DNA of 11,969 nt from Nitrospirota bacterium (GTDB taxonomy: Bacteria > Nitrospirota > UBA9217), in assembly GCA_035623825.1 (NCBI GenBank), contig DASPSR010000001.1, positions 1 to 11,969 on the forward strand, written 5' to 3'. Shown piece after piece: positions 1 through 7,244 of this stretch. A program made the position numbers and the translations under genes. The notes beneath the pieces were generated by a model. It was not told where the DNA came from. It saw only the letters and a program-made list of their open reading frames with translations, and did no database searches. The stretch's first letter is position 1; each line of letters opens with the position of its first letter.

Positions 1-154
1 GGATTATCAAGTCAATCTTGACATTCTCTCCAAGAACCGCCACGGCAGATTCGGCATGGGTCTTTGGAATGACCTGACAGCCGCCCTGGCCCAATGCCAC
101 CGGCAGAATTGCCAGATGACTGCGATCATCGTCTATCAGAATAACGTTTTTCAT
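1..154 (-). CDS. Response-regulator receiver (REC) domain protein, N-terminal part; continues beyond the left edge
   Basis: Not in the ORF track. Manual translation from ATG at 154: MKNVILIDDDRSHLAILPVALGQGGCQVIPKTHAESAVAVLGENVKIDLII. This has the REC beta1 'VILIDDD' acidic pocket and 'DLII' just before the phospho-Asp. Strong RBS GGGGAGGT immediately upstream. Confidence 0.85.
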   Translation of the reverse strand, partial: MKNVILIDDDRSHLAILPVALGQGGCQVIPKTHAESAVAVLGENVKIDLII

Positions 155-173
155 AAAACCTCCCCCCTGAAAA

Positions 174-224
174 CTACACTCCTCCTCCGAGAACCTTGTA
201 GAGGATTGCCTGATTGATAAGCAT
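174..224 (-). pseudogene. C-terminal remnant resembling an RND efflux outer-membrane factor (OprM/NodT family)
   Basis: Translates MLINQAILYKVLGGGV*, matching the family C-terminal signature 'NxVxLYKALGGG'. An in-frame TGA at 231-233 lies just upstream, so only the tail survives. Confidence 0.6.
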
Positions 225-328
225 CGGTGCTCATCTATCCCTCCTGAAATATCTTCCGCTCTCATGAGCAGAAGTAAGACCACTGTCACACCGATAACTT
301 GTTCATGGTCGATTGTTATTCTAATGAT

Positions 329-396
329 ACTGTAGCCCTGCGACTCGGACATCTCAAGGGATTTGCGACGAACGGGAGAAAATGGGGGATGAACGG
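329..396 (-). promoter_or_regulatory. Sigma70-type promoter with tandem LytTR-type binding boxes
   Basis: Minus strand: CCGTTCATC (388-396) and CCGTTCGTC (367-375), 9-bp direct repeats with a 12-bp spacer. These are followed by TTGAGA (352-357), 17 bp, TACAGT (329-334). Confidence 0.7.
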
Positions 397-420
397 CATT
401 GCGGAGGGATGGGGAAGTAG

Positions 421-471
421 TTACATCTGCTTGAACAGGTGGACGTAGGCCCGGCTGACCGTAAGTTGGTC
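421..471 (-). pseudogene. C-terminal remnant of a LytTR-family response regulator
   Basis: Translates DQLTVSRAYVHLFKQM*, the typical 'LxVSRxYxHLF(K/R)QM' LytTR C-terminus. The frame is closed by TGA about 13 codons upstream and has no LytTR-like sequence there. Confidence 0.75.
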
Positions 472-521
472 ACTACTGACATATTTTACTTTGCCGAAAG
501 CGCTTTTGAGTCATTTACATT

Positions 522-680
522 TTAAGCGCGCTTCCCGAGCAGATCTTCAATCTCTTTGAACTCGAGGACCTCTTTTTCGATTAGGGATTTTGCCATTTTA
601 TCAAGCTGCTCACGGTTGCCGATCAGCGTTTGCTTCGCTAACCGGTAACAATCGTCTATAATGAGACCGACGGTATCATC
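522..680 (-). pseudogene. ftsH: C-terminal remnant of FtsH (peptidase M41 domain)
   Basis: 3' part of ORF 522..782: DDTVGLIIDDCYRLAKQTLIGNREQLDKMAKSLIEKEVLEFKEIEDLLG, resembling the FtsH tail 'D.EV..II..CY..AK..L..NR..LD..A..L.EKE.L...EI..LL'. No AAA domain or HEXXH motif upstream. Confidence 0.75.
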
Positions 681-940
681 ATGCCGCCTGCGGCTGGTAA
701 AGAACGGATTTCCGTGCTTTACTAGCCTAGTAATGTCGATGCCATCTGTGCGGACCATATGCCTAATTGCCATCCCTGTCAATCGCCCGATAAGGGTACA
801 TGCCGGGTAGTTGTCGTTTAGTTCGGGATGATACTTGAAGTGTTTAGAAGAGTGGAGACTTTGAGAGTAGCAGGAAGAACCACTCCGACAAATGTTACAG
901 GATATACATCGCTAAATATAACTATCAAGTGGATCTGTAT

Positions 941-1948
941 TTACGCTAACACATATTTACCTGTTTTGTGGCCTCCTCTCCGCACAATGATGCCGCGCTC
1001 CAGAAGAGGTTTAATTATATGATGCGCCCCTGCCCGTGTCGTTACACGGAGCTCTTTCATGATCTCATTGATGCTGAGGGGGACGTTGCGAAGGAGAGCC
1101 AGAAGCTTTTCCTGCTTCGGCGTCAATATCAGTTCCTCTCCCGGCCTCACATTTCCCTGTATTGCCTGCACCCGCTTCCAGGCCCGGCCCAAGGCCTCCA
1201 CAGCAGCAGCTGCAACATACTCAATCCAGCCGGCAAGGTTCCCACCCGCCTCCTGGACTGAGCGGAGGACGGAAAAGTATTTCTCACGGTCTTCCCAGTA
1301 GACTTCGTCAATAGAGAAAATGTGATAGGTGTCGATTTTCCTGCGATAGAGTTCCCACGTGGCTAGAAGGCGACCGACGCGTCCATTTCCGTCGCCGAAG
1401 GGGTGAATGTGCTCGAACTGATAGTGCAAAATTGCTGAAGATATGACAGCAGGCAGGTTCTTGCCCTGGGAATTGACCCAATCCAACAGTGCAGAGACTA
1501 GCCGAGGCACGTCTTGATACCGCGGAGGCCGGTGCTGTCTAATGACGACCTGGTAATCCCTGAATGCGCCGATGGGTTCACGTTCAAGCGCGTCTCTACC
1601 AACGATAGCGTGCAGCCGGAGGACATCTTTTGCGGTCAGGTTCTTCTTGGTGGAATGGCCGGTAATATAACGAAGTGCGGCAAGGTAATTCAAGACCTCG
1701 TTCTTATACCGACGTTGGACCATCGGCAAATCGCCGCCTTTTGACAGGATCTCGACCTCCCTGAGGGTCAGGGGATTCCCCTCGATGGCCGTTGAGGTAT
1801 GTGCAAGCCGGGCAAATGCATCACGTTCCAGGCGTGGTCTCCACTGGACGGATACGGGAGACATCTCGATCTTCGTCCTAAGTTCGGATATCTTTTCCAG
1901 GAGTCCGGCTGTCCGGGGAGTAATCACATATTTTGGATTGTATCCCAT
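941..1948 (-). CDS. Fic family protein (class II, N-terminal inhibitory motif) with probable C-terminal winged HTH
   Basis: 335 aa. Canonical HPFGDGNGRVGR active-site motif, STAIEGN (S/T)xxxE(G/N) inhibitory motif, and an HTH-like C-terminus (LSINEIMKELRVTTRAGAHHIIKPLLERGII). RBS AGGGG. Confidence 0.95.
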   Translation of the reverse strand: MGYNPKYVITPRTAGLLEKISELRTKIEMSPVSVQWRPRLERDAFARLAHTSTAIEGNPLTLREVEILSKGGDLPMVQRRYKNEVLNYLAALRYITGHSTKKNLTAKDVLRLHAIVGRDALEREPIGAFRDYQVVIRQHRPPRYQDVPRLVSALLDWVNSQGKNLPAVISSAILHYQFEHIHPFGDGNGRVGRLLATWELYRRKIDTYHIFSIDEVYWEDREKYFSVLRSVQEAGGNLAGWIEYVAAAAVEALGRAWKRVQAIQGNVRPGEELILTPKQEKLLALLRNVPLSINEIMKELRVTTRAGAHHIIKPLLERGIIVRRGGHKTGKYVLA

Positions 1949-1968
1949 AACACCCCTATCTTTTTGTT

Positions 1969-2002
1969 CGTATAGTATACGTTAAGCTATTCGTCAAGTC
2001 AA
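1969..2002 (-). promoter_or_regulatory. Sigma70 promoter of fic with a palindrome over the -10
   Basis: TTGACT (1997-2002), 17 bp, TATACT (1974-1979). The palindrome CGTATA-G-TATACG at 1969-1981 overlaps the -10. Confidence 0.7.
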
Positions 2003-2099
2003 TTCCTTTTTGAGTTTACATACGCAGTTCGGAGCGTTTGGGGGCGGGAGGAGTTACTTAAATCACAGATGAACTTTTGAAGATTAGAGAAGTTACATA

Positions 2100-2117
2100 T
2101 AAATTGACTTCTTCTTC
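2100..2117 (+). repeat. 18-bp direct repeat, copy 1
   Basis: TAAATTGACTTCTTCTTC, identical to 7989-8006. Confidence 0.8.
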
Positions 2118-2174
2118 ATGCATTGTGATTGTTCCAAGATTTGATCCCTGCCCGCTGGGCTGAGCTTCTTCCAG

Positions 2175-3497
2175 TCATGTCTTGCCCTTCTTCAGTTTTT
2201 CCAGGCCTTTTATGATGCCGTTGCTTATGCTTTTCTGCCGGGGTCGAAACACTATATCTCCCACATCCCTCATTTCGCTACCCTTGGCAACAGCGAGAGA
2301 AGATGATTTCTCGAGCGACAGGACCTGGCTCGGGTACACGCTCCGATGGCCAGTCATGAGGAAGCTGATAACACAAGCCACAGCGGCATAAGGTGCGATC
2401 TGAGGCCCGAAGAGTTCGATTGCCATGATGCTCGCCGATATTGGGGTATTCGCGGCACCGGCAAGGAGGCCGACCATGCCGACTGCTGCGAACAAGGAGG
2501 GGTCGAATCCAAGTGCTCGGCCGAACGAGCTGCCTGCCGTCGCACCTACGAAGAAGATGGGGGTCACGATGCCGCCGCTTCCTCCGAAGCTGAGCGTGAT
2601 CGCCGTAAACAGCATCTTGAGCAAAAAAGCGCCTCCAGGGATTGCGCCTCCATCCAGAGAGGTCTTTATCGTTTCAAGACCGAGCCCGAGATATCGGGAT
2701 GAGAAAAGCAGGGAAAGGATCACGAGCGCTGTTCCACCGAATAACCCCTTGAGCGGTTTGGAGATTTTCAGGCGATGGCTTGTACGTTCAAGGAGTCCGA
2801 GCATTTCGATAAGGAGGAGCGAACAGAGGCCGAAGAAAAGTCCGGCCAGGCATATTTTGAAGAAGAAATAACTGCTGAAAGCGGGAATAATACTGACGGG
2901 CTCATGAAAATACGCGATCCCCAAAGCAGATGATACCTGATAACTCACGATTCCAGCGACAAAAGACGGAAGCAGCACATCATACATCATGGCCCCTACG
3001 AACAACACTTCAACACCGAACAAAGCCCCGGCTATGGGTGTACCGAAGACCGAGGCGAAGCCGGCGCTGATGCCACAAATGACCAGCTTTTTGCGATCAC
3101 GGTCGCTAAACCTCAGAAGCCCAGAAAAGGTTGATGCGAGGGCGGCCCCGATCTGTGCAGCAGGCCCCTCCTTGCCGGCTGACCCCCCGAAGGCGATTGT
3201 TATGATCGTAGCCACGAGTTTGACAGGCACGACCATCGCGTTCATCTTCCCGGAATACCTGTGCACGGCCTCGATGATCTTCTCGGTACCATGGCCTTCC
3301 GCGTCAGGGGCAAAAACCTTAACGATCAATGCGCTTAATAATAGTGCAAGGGGAAGCAGCACATAGTAATAGGGATACTGAGTCACGAGGGAAATACCCA
3401 AGCCCAGCAGTTTCAGAAACACCGTTGTGGAAAGGCCGACAAGGATCCCTACGCAGGTTGCCAGGAACAGCCATTTCAGGATGCTGATGAACAGCAC
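2175..3497 (-). CDS. CLC-family chloride/fluoride channel or antiporter (no CBS domains); apparent true ATG at 3523 is out of frame
   Basis: 440 aa polytopic membrane protein with GKEGP (gating Glu), GISAGFASVFGTPIAGALFGVE, GGIVTP and ANTPIS..MAIELFG CLC motifs. Confidence 0.93.
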   Translation of the reverse strand: MLFISILKWLFLATCVGILVGLSTTVFLKLLGLGISLVTQYPYYYVLLPLALLLSALIVKVFAPDAEGHGTEKIIEAVHRYSGKMNAMVVPVKLVATIITIAFGGSAGKEGPAAQIGAALASTFSGLLRFSDRDRKKLVICGISAGFASVFGTPIAGALFGVEVLFVGAMMYDVLLPSFVAGIVSYQVSSALGIAYFHEPVSIIPAFSSYFFFKICLAGLFFGLCSLLLIEMLGLLERTSHRLKISKPLKGLFGGTALVILSLLFSSRYLGLGLETIKTSLDGGAIPGGAFLLKMLFTAITLSFGGSGGIVTPIFFVGATAGSSFGRALGFDPSLFAAVGMVGLLAGAANTPISASIMAIELFGPQIAPYAAVACVISFLMTGHRSVYPSQVLSLEKSSSLAVAKGSEMRDVGDIVFRPRQKSISNGIIKGLEKLKKGKT

Positions 3498-3579
3498 CGA
3501 TCCCTCTACAACTTTTTTTTCATATCAGAAACCCATCTTCTCCATTTCAGAATAATTGTAAGTTACACCAGATCTAACA

Positions 3580-3867
3580 TCAAATTGCTGCGATGATCAT
3601 AAGCGATGTCAGTCTCAGGAATAAAACAATATCCGCGTTTTTTTGTACGTCCGCTTTCATCTGAGAACGCATGGGGATATACGACATCACACTCGCTATG
3701 AGAATGAGAAACATCGATACTCCGACCATCTTGTCAATAACAACTTTCTCTACCCTTCCGACCTTCCATAGATTGACGAAATTCAGGATGACTAAGCATA
3801 TCCCGAGCAGGTTGGATGACGCCGGCAATATATGTTTCGACTCATCTTGGTTCGGCCGTACTGGCAT
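3580..3867 (-). CDS. Small conserved hypothetical membrane protein (about 3 TM helices)
   Basis: Start re-assigned to ATG 3867 behind RBS GGAGGGAG; 95 aa. 'HILPASSNLLGICLVI...IDK...ASVMSY..MRS...AD.V.F' resembles a small membrane-protein family I recall but cannot name. Confidence 0.7.
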   Translation of the reverse strand: MPVRPNQDESKHILPASSNLLGICLVILNFVNLWKVGRVEKVVIDKMVGVSMFLILIASVMSYIPMRSQMKADVQKNADIVLFLRLTSLMIIAAI

Positions 3868-4448
3868 GGTAATGGCTCCCTCCAAGAACCATTCAAACCA
3901 TGCAATTCGCTCCGCTTTCCTATATTCATCATCACAAGTAACGTGTACATTCCCAGTATAGGATTTTGTGCTTCGATCTCTGCCCGCGGATGCAAAAAAG
4001 AAAGGGTGCCGAAAGCGTATTGCCCACGGCACCCGCGCAAGTGGAACAAGTGATGCATTTTAAGATGGGCCGTAGAAGGGAGGATTTTACGCGGCTCTTC
4101 GATTCTTCGTCTTACGGCTTTTCCTTGTTTCCTTTCGAGCAAAGCGATCTCAGCTTCGTACCATTTGATATGCGCCGTTATATCCTTTACTATCGAATCC
4201 GCCGCAAGATTTTTCTTGTCGTTTGCCGACACCAGCGAGTAAACTCTTGCGCCCGGAGCGGAAAGTTTTTTTTGCATCTTTGTTTTGAGTGCAATCAGCC
4301 TGTATTGCCTTTTCCTTTCTTCGTTCAAAACTCCAGCCTTACGCCTCGCAACTATGGTTCCCCGTCTGACTGCGATCTCGCCGCTTCTCAGCCTTTTTGC
4401 CATTTCCGTTATCAATGTCTTCGATGTTATCGACCCAGGGGCTTTCAT
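3792..4448 (-). CDS. Hypothetical basic coiled-coil protein; only the first ~110-125 aa look genuine
   Basis: RBS GAGGTG upstream. N-terminal half is helical and Lys/Arg-rich (EERKRQYRLIALKTKMQKK..GARVY..IKWYEAEIALLE). The rest runs through a terminator and overlaps the next gene. Confidence 0.55.
   Translation of the reverse strand: MKAPGSITSKTLITEMAKRLRSGEIAVRRGTIVARRKAGVLNEERKRQYRLIALKTKMQKKLSAPGARVYSLVSANDKKNLAADSIVKDITAHIKWYEAEIALLERKQGKAVRRRIEEPRKILPSTAHLKMHHLFHLRGCRGQYAFGTLSFLHPRAEIEAQNPILGMYTLLVMMNIGKRSELHGLNGSWREPLPCQYGRTKMSRNIYCRRHPTCSGYA
3994..4034 (-). terminator. Rho-independent terminator
   Basis: 8-bp stem GGGTGCCG (4004-4011)/CGGCACCC (4027-4034), followed on the minus strand by TTTCTTTTTT. 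Confidence 0.7.
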
Positions 4449-4763
4449 TATGAAAGATTCACCTCATCCGGGATCATTGATCGTAAAAAGCTCTCGGCCG
4501 ACGGTAACATCATCACATGACAAAAAAGCATTGTTTGATAAGACATCATGTCGACCCACCTCTGCCATCATGCCCGTTTTATGGACCGGCGCCCGTCTCC
4601 TTTCTGCTTCCTTTCTCCTGGATCGCTTCTCATCAGCTTGCAAGCGAAATACAGTACTGCAATCGTAACTGCTATGTATTCCGGGTAAAAGAGATTCACT
4701 TGGCCGCCTCCCGGCCGAAACCGGCCATAGGCAGGGTATTTTCCGGTCCCGCAAAATCGTTCG

Positions 4764-5309
4764 TTATCTTGTCATGGCGACAAGATCGTCCTTCCTGTTC
4801 TTTTGCCAGCATGCTTCATCATGCTCAGTGCAAACCGGTTTTTCTTTGCCGTAGCTAATTAGCGAGATCCGATGTCCCGACACGCCCAGGGCGATTAGGT
4901 ATTGCTTAGCGCTTACTGCCCGCCGTTGGCCGAGCGCCTGGTTGTATTCAATTGTGCCGCGCTCATCGGCGTTTCCTTCGATCGTGATCTTTGCCTTCGG
5001 ATTTGCCTTGAGCCATTCGGCGTTCGCCTTCATGACGGCTTTGGCATCATCACGGATGAATGATTTGTCGAAATCAAAATAAACAGGCTTGAGCCCTATC
5101 GCTGTCACCTTGGCCAGTTCACCAGGCTCCCCGGATTTCACCTCGCGCTTTGCTTCAGTTGTTTCAGGAGAAGGTGCCGAAGGAGCCGTTACGTTCTCTT
5201 TCTGCGCTTCCGGTGAAGATGCCATTTCTGTTTTTTTCGGACAGCCCCACAGAGGAACAAGGCCAACGAGCAACACGCACGAGAGATACATCATGCCTTT
5301 GAGATTCAT
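4764..5309 (-). CDS. pal: Peptidoglycan-associated lipoprotein (Pal/OmpA-like domain)
   Basis: Signal peptide with lipobox LWG-C; VYFDFDKS, IEGNADERGTIEYNQALGQRRA, ISYGKEKP and NR motifs. Start placed at ATG 5309, 9 nt after AGGAGG; 5315 is an alternative. Confidence 0.93.
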   Translation of the reverse strand: MNLKGMMYLSCVLLVGLVPLWGCPKKTEMASSPEAQKENVTAPSAPSPETTEAKREVKSGEPGELAKVTAIGLKPVYFDFDKSFIRDDAKAVMKANAEWLKANPKAKITIEGNADERGTIEYNQALGQRRAVSAKQYLIALGVSGHRISLISYGKEKPVCTEHDEACWQKNRKDDLVAMTR

Positions 5310-5624
5310 TTCCATGATCCTCCTAATTATTGGTGATGGACATTCATCAGCGTTATACCGTTGCATTTATGGTGTAAATCGATTAAATTATTCCTGGAAC
5401 AAGCTCTATGATTTCAATGAAATAAAGCCTCCAGGCCATGTGACATCCATTTCTCCTTTTACATCGAGTATTGCTCAACCGGAGGGGGCTTCGAATCGGC
5501 CATCGACATTTTTTGCACCTTGATCTAGCTTATATTGCCATGGTCCATTTCACTTGTTGTTAGACAACGAGTCCTGCTTTAGGTTTAATCGAACAGTACA
5601 TTTTTATTTCATTACATATAATAT

Positions 5625-5658
5625 GTGCTAAAATTGTTTGTGTACAAATTATTAGCAC
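5625..5658. promoter_or_regulatory. AT-rich inverted repeat, candidate MarR operator
   Basis: GTGCTAA...TTAGCAC outer arms with an inner TTTGT-GT-ACAAA dyad, about 45 bp upstream of the marR start in the divergent intergenic region. Confidence 0.55.
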
Positions 5659-5701
5659 GTTGCCACCGTTTTGTCAAGTTTATTATAAGGAGGGACTGCC
5701 T

Positions 5702-6250
5702 TTGAGCAAGAGAGATGAGAGGGTCGCGGAAATCATCGACAATCTGCGCCGGGTATTTCAAGTTGTGAACGAGCAATCAAAGAAGGCCGAGAAGGAAACC
5801 GGCCTCACCGGACCCCAGCTCTGGGCGATCAAGACCATAGCCCAGGAAGCGCCAATCATGGTATCTGAAATAGCCCGCAGCATGTATCTGCATCCAGCTA
5901 CCGTGGTCGGTATTCTGGACCGTCTGGAAAAACAAGAGCTGGTCAAGCGGATACGCTCATCAGAAGACCGTCGTGTCGTGAGAGTTGAATTGACGGGAAA
6001 GGGTCATGCCCTGGTAAAGAAAGCTCCCGGAGTTGCCCAAGGCCTCCTGGTCGCTGGACTTGAAAAGCTGGGCGCCCACAAACTGAAAAACATCGCCCAG
6101 GCACTTGATCAGATGGCGGAGATCCTCGGCGCGCAAAATATTCCTCCTCAGCTTATGCTCTCCCCGGAAATCAACAAGCCAGCAAAATCGAAAACCGTCG
6201 CAAGGCAAAAAGGGTCGAGGAAGCAACGGTCAGCCAAAACTAAGGTATGA
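5702..6250 (+). CDS. MarR family transcriptional regulator
   Basis: GLTGPQLWAI...VSEIARSMYLHPATVVGILDRLEKQELVKR.RS.EDRRVVRVELT.KG winged-helix signature. TTG at 5702 follows AAGGAGG and is a likelier start than 5660. Confidence 0.93.
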   Translation: MSKRDERVAEIIDNLRRVFQVVNEQSKKAEKETGLTGPQLWAIKTIAQEAPIMVSEIARSMYLHPATVVGILDRLEKQELVKRIRSSEDRRVVRVELTGKGHALVKKAPGVAQGLLVAGLEKLGAHKLKNIAQALDQMAEILGAQNIPPQLMLSPEINKPAKSKTVARQKGSRKQRSAKTKV

Positions 6251-6343
6251 GTAACAAGACTTTCCAATTGATGCAATCGTTTAAAAGAGGAAGAAACACA
6301 CGACTGCAAATATGATGAAAAACACAACAAATCTAAAGTTTAC

Positions 6344-6454
6344 TTACCGGAGTGACTCCGGCCATACTACGAGGCCTGCAACCTTAGATGCTCCCCACAG
6401 GTGCCGATCAAAGGTTGCCACAGTGACTGATTCTCCGAGCATATCCTGCCAAAA
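6344..6454 (-). pseudogene. C-terminal remnant of a PIN-domain (VapC) toxin
   Basis: Translates FWQDMLGESVTVATFDRHLWGASKVAGLVVWPESLR*, with the PIN 'ATFDxxLxxAAxxxGL' tail. In-frame TGA four codons upstream. Confidence 0.7.
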
Positions 6455-6462
6455 GACACCAT

Positions 6463-6639
6463 CTCAAGGTAGTTTTTGACGATCGTACTGTCGAGTCAAT
6501 AACGCCTTATGATATTGGACAGTTTCTCGAGTCTTTTACGTCTGGGATGTCAAAAGGAACCAGCCATTTACGATATGCTCAAACCAAAGCATCCTTTAGT
6601 TTCGTCATGAACGAATGCGGCGTGGATATCAAGAACCCC
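6463..6639 (+). pseudogene. Internal fragment of a tyrosine recombinase/integrase (core-binding, SAM-like domain)
   Basis: Translates LKVVFDDRTVESITPYDIGQFLESFTSGMSKGTSHLRYAQTKASFSFVMNECGVDIKNP, fitting 'F..R....IT...I..FL.......T...RY...KAFF........NP'. No start codon or catalytic domain. Confidence 0.65.
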
Positions 6640-6668
6640 CTTGCGGCCCCCTATTGTATAACTATTTG

Positions 6669-6696
6669 GGGTGTCCATCAAATCGGGGGAGGCTCA
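6669..6696. mobile_element. Solo IS3-family-like terminal inverted repeat
   Basis: Read inward from 6696: TGAGCCTCCCCCGATTTGATGGACACCC, with a 5'-TG terminus, C-run and TGGACAC box typical of IS3-family ends. No partner end or transposase found in the window. Confidence 0.6.
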
Positions 6697-6821
6697 GGAA
6701 TGCTACAATAGCGTTTAAAAAAAAATTCCAGGGCGGCACTTGACAAAACCCTCTTCATGGGAGTTGTACTGTTGATTATTTAGACATGTAGCAACTCAAA
6801 CAGTTCGGGAAGAAATTGCTG

Positions 6822-7244
6822 CTATTGCACGTCTTCTATCCACAGCAATGATTTGCCAATGGTTGTCCTCTTGAGCGCGGAATAAAACTTTTTATCTGCA
6901 GTAACTAAGCGGCATTCCTGAATTTGCGCAACAGCCAGATATAAACTGTCGTAAAAAGATCGCTGATAGCGTTCTGCTATTGCCCATGTTACATCAAAAA
7001 GCAGGTCTGAAGAATATATAACAACAGGCATTTTTCGAAAATCTGATAAAATTTTTACAACGGAGTCTCTATCGATTTCATCAGCCCTCCATTTTTTCCA
7101 CAAAACATTTCCGAATTCCGCGAAAATGAGATCCGGGGCTAAAAGCTCAAATTTCTTATTCAGTAAGCGCATCGATTCACGCGAATGGATTTCAGGCAGG
7201 AACCATTTAACGGATACGCTCGCATCAACTACATATTGCTTCAA
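6822..7244 (-). CDS. vapC: Type II TA toxin, PIN domain (VapC/FitB-like)
   Basis: 140 aa. VVDASV, AEFGN, SFYDSLYLAVA and LVTADKK acidic PIN motifs. TTG start overlaps the antitoxin stop (TTGA). Confidence 0.95.
   Translation of the reverse strand: MKQYVVDASVSVKWFLPEIHSRESMRLLNKKFELLAPDLIFAEFGNVLWKKWRADEIDRDSVVKILSDFRKMPVVIYSSDLLFDVTWAIAERYQRSFYDSLYLAVAQIQECRLVTADKKFYSALKRTTIGKSLLWIEDVQ

Noticed and set aside
828-3366. Numerous + strand ORFs and nested ORFs over fic and CLC
   Set aside because: Antisense or alternate-frame shadows of well-supported genes, with no recognisable motifs.
3524-3600. Fluoride riboswitch upstream of CLC
   Set aside because: No GGxGATGG...CC / GxTGATGAC-type consensus visible on the minus strand.
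4448-4549. 33-aa Met-rich minus-strand ORF (MMSYQTMLFCHVMML...) with GAGGT upstream and TAATG overlap with the next gene
   Set aside because: No recognisable homology, and the downstream gene has its own RBS, so it could be chance.
4464-4754. 96-aa ORF or possible structured RNA between pal and the coiled-coil gene
   Set aside because: No RBS or motif, and only short hairpins with no recognisable ncRNA or riboswitch consensus.
6347-6361. Perfect palindrome CCGGAGT-G-ACTCCGG
   Set aside because: It lies within the VapC remnant coding sequence, has a 1-nt loop and no U-tract; function unsupported.
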